Assembly: GCA_963850035.1 (NCBI GenBank)
Contig: CAWKJP010000012.1
Coordinates: 25,199-89,198, forward strand
Length of the DNA: 64,000 bases
DNA from: an uncultured Chloroflexia bacterium
GTDB lineage: Bacteria > Chloroflexota > Limnocylindria > Limnocylindrales > CSP1-4
Direction: 5' to 3'
This document shows positions 1-7,898 of the stretch, piece after piece. Numbering within the stretch: the first letter of the stretch is position 1; every line of letters begins with the position of its first letter. Both the position numbers and the translations under genes were made by a program. The notes under the pieces are model-generated. The model was not told where the DNA came from, did no database searches, and saw only the letters and a program-made list of their open reading frames with translations.

Positions 1-139
1 GCGAGAGCGGCGTGTCGGCCTGCCCCTGGAATCGGCCCTCGGCGAGCCAGACCGACTGGCCGTGCCGCAGGAGGACCAGGGTCGCCGCGAGGTCCGGCGG
101 GACGGCGAGGGGCGCCACCGCCTCCGGGGCGTCGGTCAC
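1..139 (-). CDS. histidine-phosphatase superfamily protein (dPGM-like), N-terminal part only; gene continues past the left edge
   Basis: Reverse-strand translation VTDAPEAVAPLAVPPDLAATLVLLRHGQSVWLAEGRFQGQADTPLS carries the RHG...QG..D.PLS catalytic signature. GTG at 139 overlaps the serA stop (GTGA); alternative GTG at 118. Absent from the ORF track because there is no stop inside the window. Confidence 0.6.
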   Translation of the reverse strand, partial: MTDAPEAVAPLAVPPDLAATLVLLRHGQSVWLAEGRFQGQADTPLS

Positions 140-1719
140 GCCATCTCGCCCAGCTCGACGCCCCAGATGTCGAGGACGCCGTCCATCGCCCGGATCTGCT
201 CCGCCACGCCGTCCGGCACGGCCTCGTCGAGGGCGAGGAGCATGAACGCATCGCTGCGCGGGGCGGAGCGGCCCAGGTGCATGGCGCTGATGTTGATGTC
301 CGCCTCGCCCAGCATGAGCCCGATCCGGCCCATCATGCCGGGCCGGTCCTGGTGGCGGGTCACGAGCATCCACGGCGCCGGGGCCATCTCCAGCTCGTAG
401 TCGTCGAGGCGGACGAGCCGCTGCTCCCCGTTGGCGAGGGTGCCCGCGACGGCATGCCGAACGCCGTGGGCGATCCCCGTCACCGTCACGAGCGTCGCGA
501 ACGCGCCGGCGTCGGGCGTCTTGCGCTCGACGAGGGTGATTCCCCGGGCCTTCGCGAGGTGGGCGGCGTTCACCAGGTTCACGCGCTCCGTCGTGGTGCC
601 CTCGAGCATGCCGCGGAGCACGGCCGCCTGGAGGGGCGTCACGTCGTGGACGGCGAGCTCCCCGGCTACCTCGAGCGTGAGCATCTCCACGGCGCCGCGT
701 GCGAACTGGGCATAGAAGCGACCGAGCGTCTCCGCGAGGCGCAGATACGGCGCGATGGCGCGCGCGGTCTCGGGCGTCAGCAGCGGGGCGTTCACCGCGT
801 ACCGCGCCGGCCGTCCGTCGAGCACGTCGAGGACCTGCTGGGATGCCTCCTCGGCCACGAGCACCTGCGCCTCTGCGGTCGACGCCCCGAGGTGCGGCGT
901 GAGGACCGTGTTCGGCGCCTCGAGCAGCGGGTTGCCCGTCGGGGGCTCGGACGTGTACACGTCGATCCCGGCGCCCGCGATCGTCCCCGCCGCCAGCGCC
1001 GCCGCGAGCGCGGCCTCGTCGACCACCGCGCCGCGGGCGACGTTGAGGAGGAAGGCCGTGGGCTTCATCCTGGCGAGCTCGGCAGGGCCGATCAGCCCCT
1101 TCGTCGTCTTGGTGACCGGGACATGGAGCGTGACCGCGTCCGAGCGCGCCAGGAGCTCGTCGAACTCCACGAGTTCGATCCCGTGGCGGGCTGCCTGCTC
1201 CTCGGATACGAACGGGTCGCTGCCGATCACGACCATCTCGAGGCCGCGGGCCCGGTCGGCGATCGCCTGGCCGATCTTCCCGAGGCCGACGATCCCGAGC
1301 GTCTTGCCGCGCAGCTCGTTGCCCGAGAACATGCTCCGCTTCCATTCGCCCCGGCGCATGGAGGCGTCCGCGGCCGCGACCTTGCGGGCCAGCGCGAACA
1401 GGAGCGCGAGCGTGAGCTCGGCCGCGGCGATCGTGTTGCCGGTCGGCGCGTTCACCACGGTGATCCCCGCGCGCGTCGCCGCGTCCAGGTCAACGTTGTC
1501 GACGCCCACGCCGGCACGCCCGATCACGGTCAGGCGCGTGCCGGCGGCGATCATCGCGGCATCCACCTTCACCTGGCTGCGCACCACGAGCGCGTCATAT
1601 TCGGGAAGGATCGCCCGGTAGGCCTCCGGCGTGAGGCCCACCTTCTCGTCGACATCGTGATGGCGGCGCAGGATCTCGACGCCCTCCCGGGCGAGCGGCT
1701 CCGCGACCAGGATCTTCAT
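136..1719 (-). CDS. serA: D-3-phosphoglycerate dehydrogenase with C-terminal ACT domain
   Basis: 527-aa reading frame from ATG 1719 (MKILVAEPL...), inside the spurious 1211-aa ORF 136..3771. NAD-binding motif GIVGLGKIG, 2-hydroxyacid dehydrogenase core and a C-terminal ACT-like region. The ATG overlaps the upstream stop (ATGA 1716-1719). Confidence 0.93.
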   Translation of the reverse strand: MKILVAEPLAREGVEILRRHHDVDEKVGLTPEAYRAILPEYDALVVRSQVKVDAAMIAAGTRLTVIGRAGVGVDNVDLDAATRAGITVVNAPTGNTIAAAELTLALLFALARKVAAADASMRRGEWKRSMFSGNELRGKTLGIVGLGKIGQAIADRARGLEMVVIGSDPFVSEEQAARHGIELVEFDELLARSDAVTLHVPVTKTTKGLIGPAELARMKPTAFLLNVARGAVVDEAALAAALAAGTIAGAGIDVYTSEPPTGNPLLEAPNTVLTPHLGASTAEAQVLVAEEASQQVLDVLDGRPARYAVNAPLLTPETARAIAPYLRLAETLGRFYAQFARGAVEMLTLEVAGELAVHDVTPLQAAVLRGMLEGTTTERVNLVNAAHLAKARGITLVERKTPDAGAFATLVTVTGIAHGVRHAVAGTLANGEQRLVRLDDYELEMAPAPWMLVTRHQDRPGMMGRIGLMLGEADINISAMHLGRSAPRSDAFMLLALDEAVPDGVAEQIRAMDGVLDIWGVELGEMA

Positions 1720-2903
1720 GCCGGCGCGCCCACTGTCTCCGGACGGGATCCGACCGCGGACAGGATGGCGCGCTGGGCCGCGGCAACGGCCGCGCCGGGC
1801 TCGACCGGCCGCCCGAATGCGATCGCGACCTCCTCGAGGACGCCGATCGCACCGAGGATGTCGTCGAGATTGACGGCTCCGAGGTGGCCGACCCGGAAGA
1901 TCCGGCCCTTCAGCTTGCCCTGGCCGCCTGCCAGGATGACCTGGCGCGCCTTGAGCTCGCCGTTGAACGCCTTCCAGTCGAGGTCGTCGGGCACCCACGC
2001 GGCGGTCACCGTGTTCGAGGCGACCGCCGGGTCTGCAAGGAGCCGGAACCCGAGCGCCTGCAGCCCGGCGCGGGTCGCGGCGGCACAGCTCGCATGGCGG
2101 GCGAACACGCCGGCGGGTGTCTCGGCCTCCATGAGCTCGAGGCCCGCATCGACCTGGTACATGACGGCGACGGCAGGCGTCCACGGCGTCTGGCCCGTCG
2201 CGGCCGACTTCCGAGCGTCGCGAACGTCGAAGTAGAAGCGCGGCATCCGCGCGGCCTCGGCCGCGACCCATGCCCGCTCCGACAGGGCGATCATCGACAT
2301 GCCGGGTGCGGCCATCCAGGCCTTCTGGGAGCCGGTCACGACCACGTCCAGGCCCCACGCGTCCATCTCGAAGGGGACGGCGCCCAGTGCCGAGACGCCG
2401 TCGACGAGGACGAGCGCATCGGGGGCGAGCTCGTGCACCGCCGCGGCGAGCTCGGCGATCGGGTTCGTCACCCCGGTCGAGGTCTCGTTGTGGGTCAGGA
2501 GCACGGCCCGGTAGTCCGGGTCGAGCGCGAGGTGGGCGCGCAGCGCGGCCGGGTCGGCGGCCCGGCCCCACTCGGTCTCCAGCCGCGTCACGTCGGCGCC
2601 GTAGACGCTCGCGATCTTCGCGAACCGGTCGCCGAAGGCCCCGGTCGGGAGCGCGAGGACGCGATCCCCGGGCGAGAGCGTGTTGACGATCGCCGCCTCG
2701 AGGCCACCGGTACCGGCGGCCGTGAGGAGCAGCACCTCCTGCTCCGTGCCGAAGAAGACCCGCATGCGACGGTCGATCCGGGCGAGCAGCGTCGCGAACT
2801 CGGGGCCGCGATGGTTGATCATCTGTCGCCCGCCGGCCTCGCGGACGGACGGGGGCAGGTGGGTCGGGCCGGGGATCCGGAGGTTGGGCTCGAAACGATG
2901 CAC
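1716..2903 (-). CDS. class-V (AGXT/SerC-type) PLP aminotransferase, probable phosphoserine aminotransferase
   Basis: GTG at 2903 (VHRFEPNLRIPGPT...) with AAGGAGG 5 nt upstream. Class-V aminotransferase sequence throughout, with PLP-lysine context VVTGSQKAW. Translationally coupled to serA. Confidence 0.85.
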   Translation of the reverse strand: MHRFEPNLRIPGPTHLPPSVREAGGRQMINHRGPEFATLLARIDRRMRVFFGTEQEVLLLTAAGTGGLEAAIVNTLSPGDRVLALPTGAFGDRFAKIASVYGADVTRLETEWGRAADPAALRAHLALDPDYRAVLLTHNETSTGVTNPIAELAAAVHELAPDALVLVDGVSALGAVPFEMDAWGLDVVVTGSQKAWMAAPGMSMIALSERAWVAAEAARMPRFYFDVRDARKSAATGQTPWTPAVAVMYQVDAGLELMEAETPAGVFARHASCAAATRAGLQALGFRLLADPAVASNTVTAAWVPDDLDWKAFNGELKARQVILAGGQGKLKGRIFRVGHLGAVNLDDILGAIGVLEEVAIAFGRPVEPGAAVAAAQRAILSAVGSRPETVGAPA

Positions 2904-2932
2904 GTCGGGGCCTCCTTGTCGGGCGGTCGAAT

Positions 2933-2980
2933 CGCGGCCGTCCGCGCCCGCGGCCGTCCGCGCCCGCGGCCGTCCGCGCC
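2933..2980. repeat. three perfect tandem copies of a 16-nt unit CGCGGCCGTCCGCGCC
   Basis: Read directly: 2933-2948, 2949-2964 and 2965-2980 are identical. On the minus strand each unit is GG + CGCGG-ACGG-CCGCG, a 5-bp stem with an ACGG loop. Confidence 0.95.
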
Positions 2981-3036
2981 TGGTGGCGCGCACGAACTGG
3001 GACGAGGGTAGGGGGGCGAAGTCGGGTCGTCCAGCG

Positions 3037-3045
3037 TGGTATATA
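3037..3045 (+). promoter_or_regulatory. extended -10 element TGgTATATA for vapB (near-leaderless)
   Basis: TG-n-TATATA ends 9 nt before the vapB ATG at 3055. A 10-bp palindrome GGCATATGCC spans the start codon and could be an autoregulatory site. Confidence 0.4.
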
Positions 3046-3054
3046 TGCAGGCAT

Positions 3055-3312
3055 ATGCCAGCTCTCAAGCGGACCACGATCCTGGCGGAGCCCGACCTCC
3101 TCGACCGGCTCGATCGCCACGCCCGCCGCGCGCGGTCGACGAAGACCGCGGTCATCATTGCCGCCCTCGAGGCATACCTGTCCGCCCGCGAGGAGGCCCC
3201 GCCACTCGCGTTCATCGGGGTCGGGAGAAGCACCAACGGACGTCTCTCGCTGGACGCCCGCCGGATCGCCGGACGCGAGGCCGGGACCCGGCGCCGGGCC
3301 GACGGCGGCTGA
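3055..3312 (+). CDS. vapB: ribbon-helix-helix (CopG/VapB-type) antitoxin
   Basis: 85 aa, MPALKRTTILAEPDLLDRLDRHARRARSTKTAVIIAALEAYL. This is a typical RHH N-terminus, 3 nt upstream of a PIN-domain gene. Confidence 0.8.
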   Translation: MPALKRTTILAEPDLLDRLDRHARRARSTKTAVIIAALEAYLSAREEAPPLAFIGVGRSTNGRLSLDARRIAGREAGTRRRADGG

Positions 3313-3315
3313 CCC

Positions 3316-3738
3316 GTGGCGGTGCTGCTCGACGTGTCGGCGATCGTCGCCGCGGCCGACACGGCGGACCTGAACCACGCGGCCGCGAAGGCATGGTTCG
3401 GCCGCGTCGACGAACCGCTCCTGCTCGGCGCGCTCACGCTCGGCGAGGCCGACCACGTCCTGCAGCGGGATCTTGGGCCGCAGGCGACGCTCGCGCTCGT
3501 CGAGGCGCTGACGAGCGGTGCGATCCGGGTGGTCCCGCCCACCGAGGCCGACCTGGTCCGTGCGGCGGCGCTCCTGGTCGAGCATGCCGAGCACCGTCCG
3601 CGGCTGGCGGATGCGCTCCTCGTCGCGGCCGCCGCGCGGCTCGGCGTGCGCCGGGTCGCGACCTTCGATCGGCGGCCGCTCGCCGTGCTCTCGCCGCGCG
3701 GCGCACGCGGCGAGCGGCTTCTCGATCTCGAGCCCTGA
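3316..3738 (+). CDS. vapC: PIN-domain ribonuclease toxin
   Basis: 140 aa with a GTG start. The conserved acidic positions of the PIN fold are present (LLDVS..., ...GEAD..., ...LADALL..., ...TFDRR). Paired with the RHH antitoxin. Confidence 0.85.
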   Translation: MAVLLDVSAIVAAADTADLNHAAAKAWFGRVDEPLLLGALTLGEADHVLQRDLGPQATLALVEALTSGAIRVVPPTEADLVRAAALLVEHAEHRPRLADALLVAAAARLGVRRVATFDRRPLAVLSPRGARGERLLDLEP

Positions 3739-3831
3739 CCCGAGCCACCCGGGAGGCCGGGCCGTGGCCACGGTTCACCCCGGCCACGTCCGATCCGCTG
3801 CTGCTCTCATCGGGCCTGCCGGCGGCGGTCG

Positions 3832-5598
3832 TCACCGGGCCGCCTCGAGGTCCCTCCGGTGCTCGGCGGCGCGCGCCACGGCCGCCAGGAGCTCGTGCGT
3901 CGGGACGGGCTTGGCGAGGAAGATCACCCCCCGCTTGATGAGGCGCTCGAGATCGAGGATATCGGCGGTGTACCCCGAGAGCAGGACGGCCCCGGCGCGT
4001 GGATACCGATCGAAGACGAACTCGGCGAGGTCGATCCCGGACACGCCGCCCGGCATGACCACGTCGGAGACGAGCACGTCGATCTGCACACCGCCCGCGA
4101 GAAGCATCTCGCGGGCTTCGGCCCCGCTGGCCGCGACCGTCACGTCGTAGCCGAGACGGTGCAGGACCTTCGTGGTCATCTCGCGCACGACCAGCTCATC
4201 CTCGACCACGAGCAGGTGCCCGTTGCCAGCGGGGGTCGCCACGGGAGGAATGTCGATCTGGGCCGGGGCAGGCGCGTCCACCCGCGGAAAGTAGAGCTTG
4301 AACGACGAGCCGATGCCGGGCTCCGAGTAGAGCCAGATGTGGCCGCCGGCCTGGCGCACGATCCCGTAGATCGTGGCCAGGCCGAGCCCGGTTCCCGGCG
4401 CCGACGTCCTTGGTGGTGAAGAACGGCTCGAAGGCGCGCTCGCGGGTTGCCGCGTCCATCCCGACCCCGGTGTCGCTGACGGCGAGGTAGACGTAGTGAC
4501 CCGGGGTGACCTCGGCGTGCAGGGCGGCGTAGCTCGCGTCGAGCTCGATGTTGCCCGATTCGATCGCGATCGTGCCGCCCGCGGGCATCGCGTCGCGGGC
4601 ATTGATCACGAGGTTGACGAGGATCTGGTCGAGCTGCCCCGGGTCGGCGAGCAGGCGCCCGGTCACCTCGCCGACGCGCACGACGAGGCGCAGGTGCTCG
4701 CCGATGAGCTGGCGGAGCATGGGCAGGACCGCCTCGATCGCCGCACCGATCTCCATGACCTCCGGCCGGACCACCTGCTGGCGGCTGAAGGCGAGCAGCT
4801 GCATCGTCAGCCCGGAGAGGCCCGCGTGGCCGCGACCCGGATCGCCGAGGCATTCTCGAGGGCCTCCGCGCGGTCGAATCGCTTGGCCCGCTCGGGTGCC
4901 AGGTCCTCCTCGAGCAGCTCGGCGTAGCCCGAGATGGCAAACAGGACGTTGTTGAAGTCGTGGGCGATCCCGCCCGCCAGCCGCCCGATGGACTCGAGCT
5001 TCTGGGCCTGGAGGAGCTGGGCCTCGGCCGCCTTGCGGGCGGTGATGTCGACGAGCGTCGCGTACACCTGCAGGCCGTCGGCCGACTCGACCGGGGAGAG
5101 GCTGATCTCGACCGGGAATTCCGAGCCGTCCCTGCGCCGGCCGGCGAGGTCGAGCCCGATCCCCATCGGGCGGGCGATCGGATGGGCAAGGAACCCATCG
5201 CGGTGGGCAACGTGGGCGGCGCTGACGCCCACCGGCAGAAGGATCTCGATCGGCTCCCCGAACAGCTCGTCGCGGCGGTATCCGAAGGCGGCCTCGACCC
5301 GGTCGTTGAGGTAGCTGATCCGGCCATCCGGGCCGACTCCGACGATTGGGCTCGGCGAGGCGTCGAGGAACGCGAGGGTGCCACCGGGCAGCGCCTGGGC
5401 AGCCAGCCGGCCCTTGCGCTGCTTCAGCCTGCCAGGGGCCTCGACGTCACTCGGCACGCCGGCCGTTTCCGGCGACCCTGGGGTGCTGGTCGACGAGCCT
5501 GAAACCACCCGCGGGACGTTCCCGCCGGTCGAAAGGACGGGTGACGTGGGCCGCGCCCGTGGGCCCTGCTCTCGCATGTGACACCGAGGATGAGCCAC
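3832..5598 (-). pseudogene. hybrid sensor histidine kinase (PAS-HisKA-HATPase_c-REC) interrupted by two compensating frameshifts
   Basis: Three ORFs tile one protein. 4807..5598 holds the PAS domain and the HisKA H-box ([11 protein letters not shown]). 4196..4804 holds LLAFSRQQ and the HATPase N and G1 boxes up to FFTTKDVGAG. 3832..4602 holds GTGLGLATIYGIV plus a receiver domain (LLVVEDE...DVVMPG...LAKP). Frames run A, B, A, with shifts near 4814-4820 and 4390-4395. The start (GTG 5598 or ATG 5577) is uncertain. Confidence 0.75.
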
Positions 5599-5656
5599 CC
5601 GCGGTGGTCGCCCGGGTGGGCGGCGATCTCAGGACGGGCAGGCCGATCCGCTGTTG

Positions 5657-5665
5657 ACGGTAGCA
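5657..5665 (-). promoter_or_regulatory. candidate extended -10 (TGCTACCGT) upstream of the histidine kinase
   Basis: Matches the GTGCTAnnnT pattern seen upstream of several other genes in this window. It lies about 60 nt upstream of the kinase start. Confidence 0.3.
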
Positions 5666-5821
5666 CGCCGATTGTCATCGTCATTACAGCTCGTCGCAAC
5701 AGACCTCCGCGCGCGACGGAGACTGCCGCAGTGACGAGCGAATCATCGGTCTGGCGCCCGAAGGCCGACCCCGCAGACGAACGCCGGCCCTGCCTCGTCG
5801 CCCGTCGGGGTCTCGTGTCGG

Positions 5822-7273
5822 TCAGCCGCCACTCCGGGAAGACCGAGCCCTGTTGGCGTTGCGCTCGGACAACCCCTCGGCGGCCGCAGCCTCGCCGGCT
5901 TCCCCGGTCGGCCGGTACCACCCGCCTGGGACACCGTGGGGCAGGTATTGCTGGCCGATCGCCCCATCCGCTTCGTCGTGCGGGTTTCGGTACGTCTTCG
6001 CCGCGGGCCTGAGGTGCCCGGGGACGGGTCGCGGCCCTCGGGCCCGGAGCTCGTCGCGGGCCGCGAAGAAGGCGCGTCCGGCCGCCGCGGACTTGGGAGC
6101 GGCGGCGAGGAAGACGGCTGCCTGGGCGAGCGCGTAGAGGCCCTCGTCGTTCGTCTCGGCGCCGATCTTCTCCACGGCGGTCAGGGCAGCGATCGCAAGC
6201 GGCAGCCCGCCGGGATCGGCGTTCCCCACGTCCTCGGACGCGGAGATGACGAGCCGCCGGGCGAGATACCGCGGGTCCTCGCCGGATTCGAGCGCGGTCG
6301 CGAGCCACCAGAGCGCCGCGTCGGGGTCCGAGCCGCGGATGCTCTTGATGAGCGCGCTGACGACGCCCGACCGGTCGTAGCCGAGGATCGGCGACTGGGC
6401 GGCTCGCGCGATGTCGGCCGAGTCGACGCGGATCGGCGGAGCGTCGCGATCCTGCGCCTCGGCGGGCGCCTCGGCGGGCGCCTCGGCGCGCCTCGGCGCG
6501 TCCTCGGGCGTCCCGGCGTCGTTGGCAACGTCTCCGACGTCGGCCGCGACCCCGGCGTGTCGGGCGTCCACGTCGCGCCGCTGGGCAAGCGCGGCGGCCG
6601 TCTCGAGGAGCCCGAGCATGCGCCGCGCATCGCCGGACGCGTACCCCACCAGCTGGCGCATCGCGGATTCGTCGAGCACATACGCGCCGGCAAGGCCGAG
6701 CTCCGGGTCCGCGAGCGCACGCGCCGCGATGGTCGCCAGCTCGGCCTCACCCAGCGGGTTGAGCCGGAAGACGCGGAGCCGCGAGAGAAGCGGCGGGGTG
6801 ATCCCGCCTGCGATCGGCGGCTCCGTCGTGGCGCCCACGAGCACGATCGTCCCTGCCTCCACGTGGGGGAGGAGGGCGTCCTGCTGCGCCTTGCTGTACC
6901 GGTGGACCTCGTCGAGGAAGACGACCGTGGTCCGGCCCTCCAGGGCCGCGGCGCTCCGTGCCTCCTCGACCACGCCTCGCAGGGCCGCGACGCCGTCGGT
7001 CGTGGAGTTGAGGGGAGCGAAGCGCGCGCCGATCGCCTCCGCGAGGAGCCGGCCGATCGTGGTCTTCCCGGATCCGGGCGGCCCCCACAGGATGCAGGAG
7101 GGGAGGCGTCCGCCCTCGACGAGGCGGCGCAGCGCAGCGCCGGGTCCGAGGATCGCGCCCTGGCCCACGACCTCGTCGAGCGCCCGCGGCCGCATCCGGT
7201 CGGCCAGGGGTCGCATCCCATCCGGCGGGGAGAACAGGGGCGCCGGCGCGGCTCCGATCGAGCGGCGGGCCAC
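5822..7273 (-). CDS. rarA: replication-associated recombination protein A (AAA+ ATPase)
   Basis: LADRMRPRALDEVVGQ, Walker A GPPGSGKTT, Walker B VVFLDEVHR and the C-terminal MgsA domain (YLARRLVISASEDVGNADP). Start assigned to GTG 7273. Contains a low-complexity insert with the EAPAEAPAEA repeat. Confidence 0.85.
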   Translation of the reverse strand: MARRSIGAAPAPLFSPPDGMRPLADRMRPRALDEVVGQGAILGPGAALRRLVEGGRLPSCILWGPPGSGKTTIGRLLAEAIGARFAPLNSTTDGVAALRGVVEEARSAAALEGRTTVVFLDEVHRYSKAQQDALLPHVEAGTIVLVGATTEPPIAGGITPPLLSRLRVFRLNPLGEAELATIAARALADPELGLAGAYVLDESAMRQLVGYASGDARRMLGLLETAAALAQRRDVDARHAGVAADVGDVANDAGTPEDAPRRAEAPAEAPAEAQDRDAPPIRVDSADIARAAQSPILGYDRSGVVSALIKSIRGSDPDAALWWLATALESGEDPRYLARRLVISASEDVGNADPGGLPLAIAALTAVEKIGAETNDEGLYALAQAAVFLAAAPKSAAAGRAFFAARDELRARGPRPVPGHLRPAAKTYRNPHDEADGAIGQQYLPHGVPGGWYRPTGEAGEAAAAEGLSERNANRARSSRSGG

Positions 7274-7308
7274 GAGCGAGCTCCCCGGGGCCGTCGAGCT
7301 GGGCGAGG

Positions 7309-7725
7309 TCAGACGGTCCGGGCGATCCCGGAGACCGTCGCGAGGACGAAGGCGACGAAGAGGATCGCGAAGATGCCGACGAAGACGACCGCGATTCGCC
7401 GCAGGTCGCGCCGCACGTACGTGTACTCGTCGGCCGCGACGATCGCGAGCGTGCTGACAGTCCGGCCGCGTCCACGCACCGGCACGTCCGTGGCGGCGGT
7501 GCGCCGGCGGTCGCGGATCCGCTCCAGCGAGGCGCTGGCCTGGCGCTCCTCGTCCACGATGCGCGCCTCGATCTCCGCGGCGTGCGCGAGCTCGTCCTCG
7601 GTGAGGGTGCCGGCCGGGCGCGGCCGGGCCGGGGCGGGGGAGAGCGCGGCGGACTGCCGCCCCGAGGGGCTCTTCGTGGGGGGCCGCTGGCCCGGTCGCG
7701 TGCTGCCGCGCTGGCGCTTCGCCAT
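7309..7725 (-). CDS. hypothetical tail-anchored membrane protein
   Basis: ATG 7725 (MAKRQRG...) preceded by CAGGAGG. Basic N-terminus, one C-terminal TM segment (IAVVFVGIFAILFVAFVLATV). Directly upstream of rarA on the same strand. Confidence 0.6.
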   Translation of the reverse strand: MAKRQRGSTRPGQRPPTKSPSGRQSAALSPAPARPRPAGTLTEDELAHAAEIEARIVDEERQASASLERIRDRRRTAATDVPVRGRGRTVSTLAIVAADEYTYVRRDLRRIAVVFVGIFAILFVAFVLATVSGIARTV

Positions 7726-7808
7726 GCTGAGGTTGGCCTCCTGGATCTTGCCGGCCACCCGGGGCGGGCGTGCCCGGTCGGGGACGCGCACGCGCCAACC
7801 GACGCCGA

Positions 7809-7817
7809 AGGATAGCA
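7809..7817 (-). promoter_or_regulatory. candidate extended -10 (TGCTATCCT) for the 7725 gene / rarA operon
   Basis: A GGTGCTAnnnT-type element on the minus strand, about 80 nt upstream of ATG 7725. Confidence 0.35.
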
Positions 7818-7865
7818 CCGCCAGCCGCCGCCGGGCCGGTGCGAGGACGCCGGGTGAGCGCGCCC

Positions 7866-7874
7866 TGCTAGACT
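7866..7874 (+). promoter_or_regulatory. extended -10 (TGCTAGACT) for the DUF4446 gene
   Basis: TGCTAGACT lies 24 nt upstream of GTG 7899. GGAGG at 7890-7894 sits in the short leader. Confidence 0.45.
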
Positions 7875-7898
7875 CGCGGCACCCCCATCGGAGGATCC

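Noticed and set aside
136-3771. A 1211-aa ORF, and similar giant ORFs in the track (6747..9989 minus, 22163..25273 plus, 38936..42496 minus, 12070..14406 minus, 44599..46791 minus and others).
   Set aside because: Their translations are Arg/Pro/Gly/Ala-rich with no recognisable domains. They lie antisense to, or are 5' extensions of, genes with clear homology. Stop codons are rare in every frame at this G+C content, so ORF length is not evidence of coding.
5599-5821. A lower-G+C patch (TTGACGGTAGCACGCCGATTGTCATCGTCATTACAG) that might hide a small gene or ncRNA.
   Set aside because: There is no ORF with a start and an SD, and no convincing structure. It is best explained as the kinase promoter region (TGCTACCGT on the minus strand) plus the rarA 3' flank.
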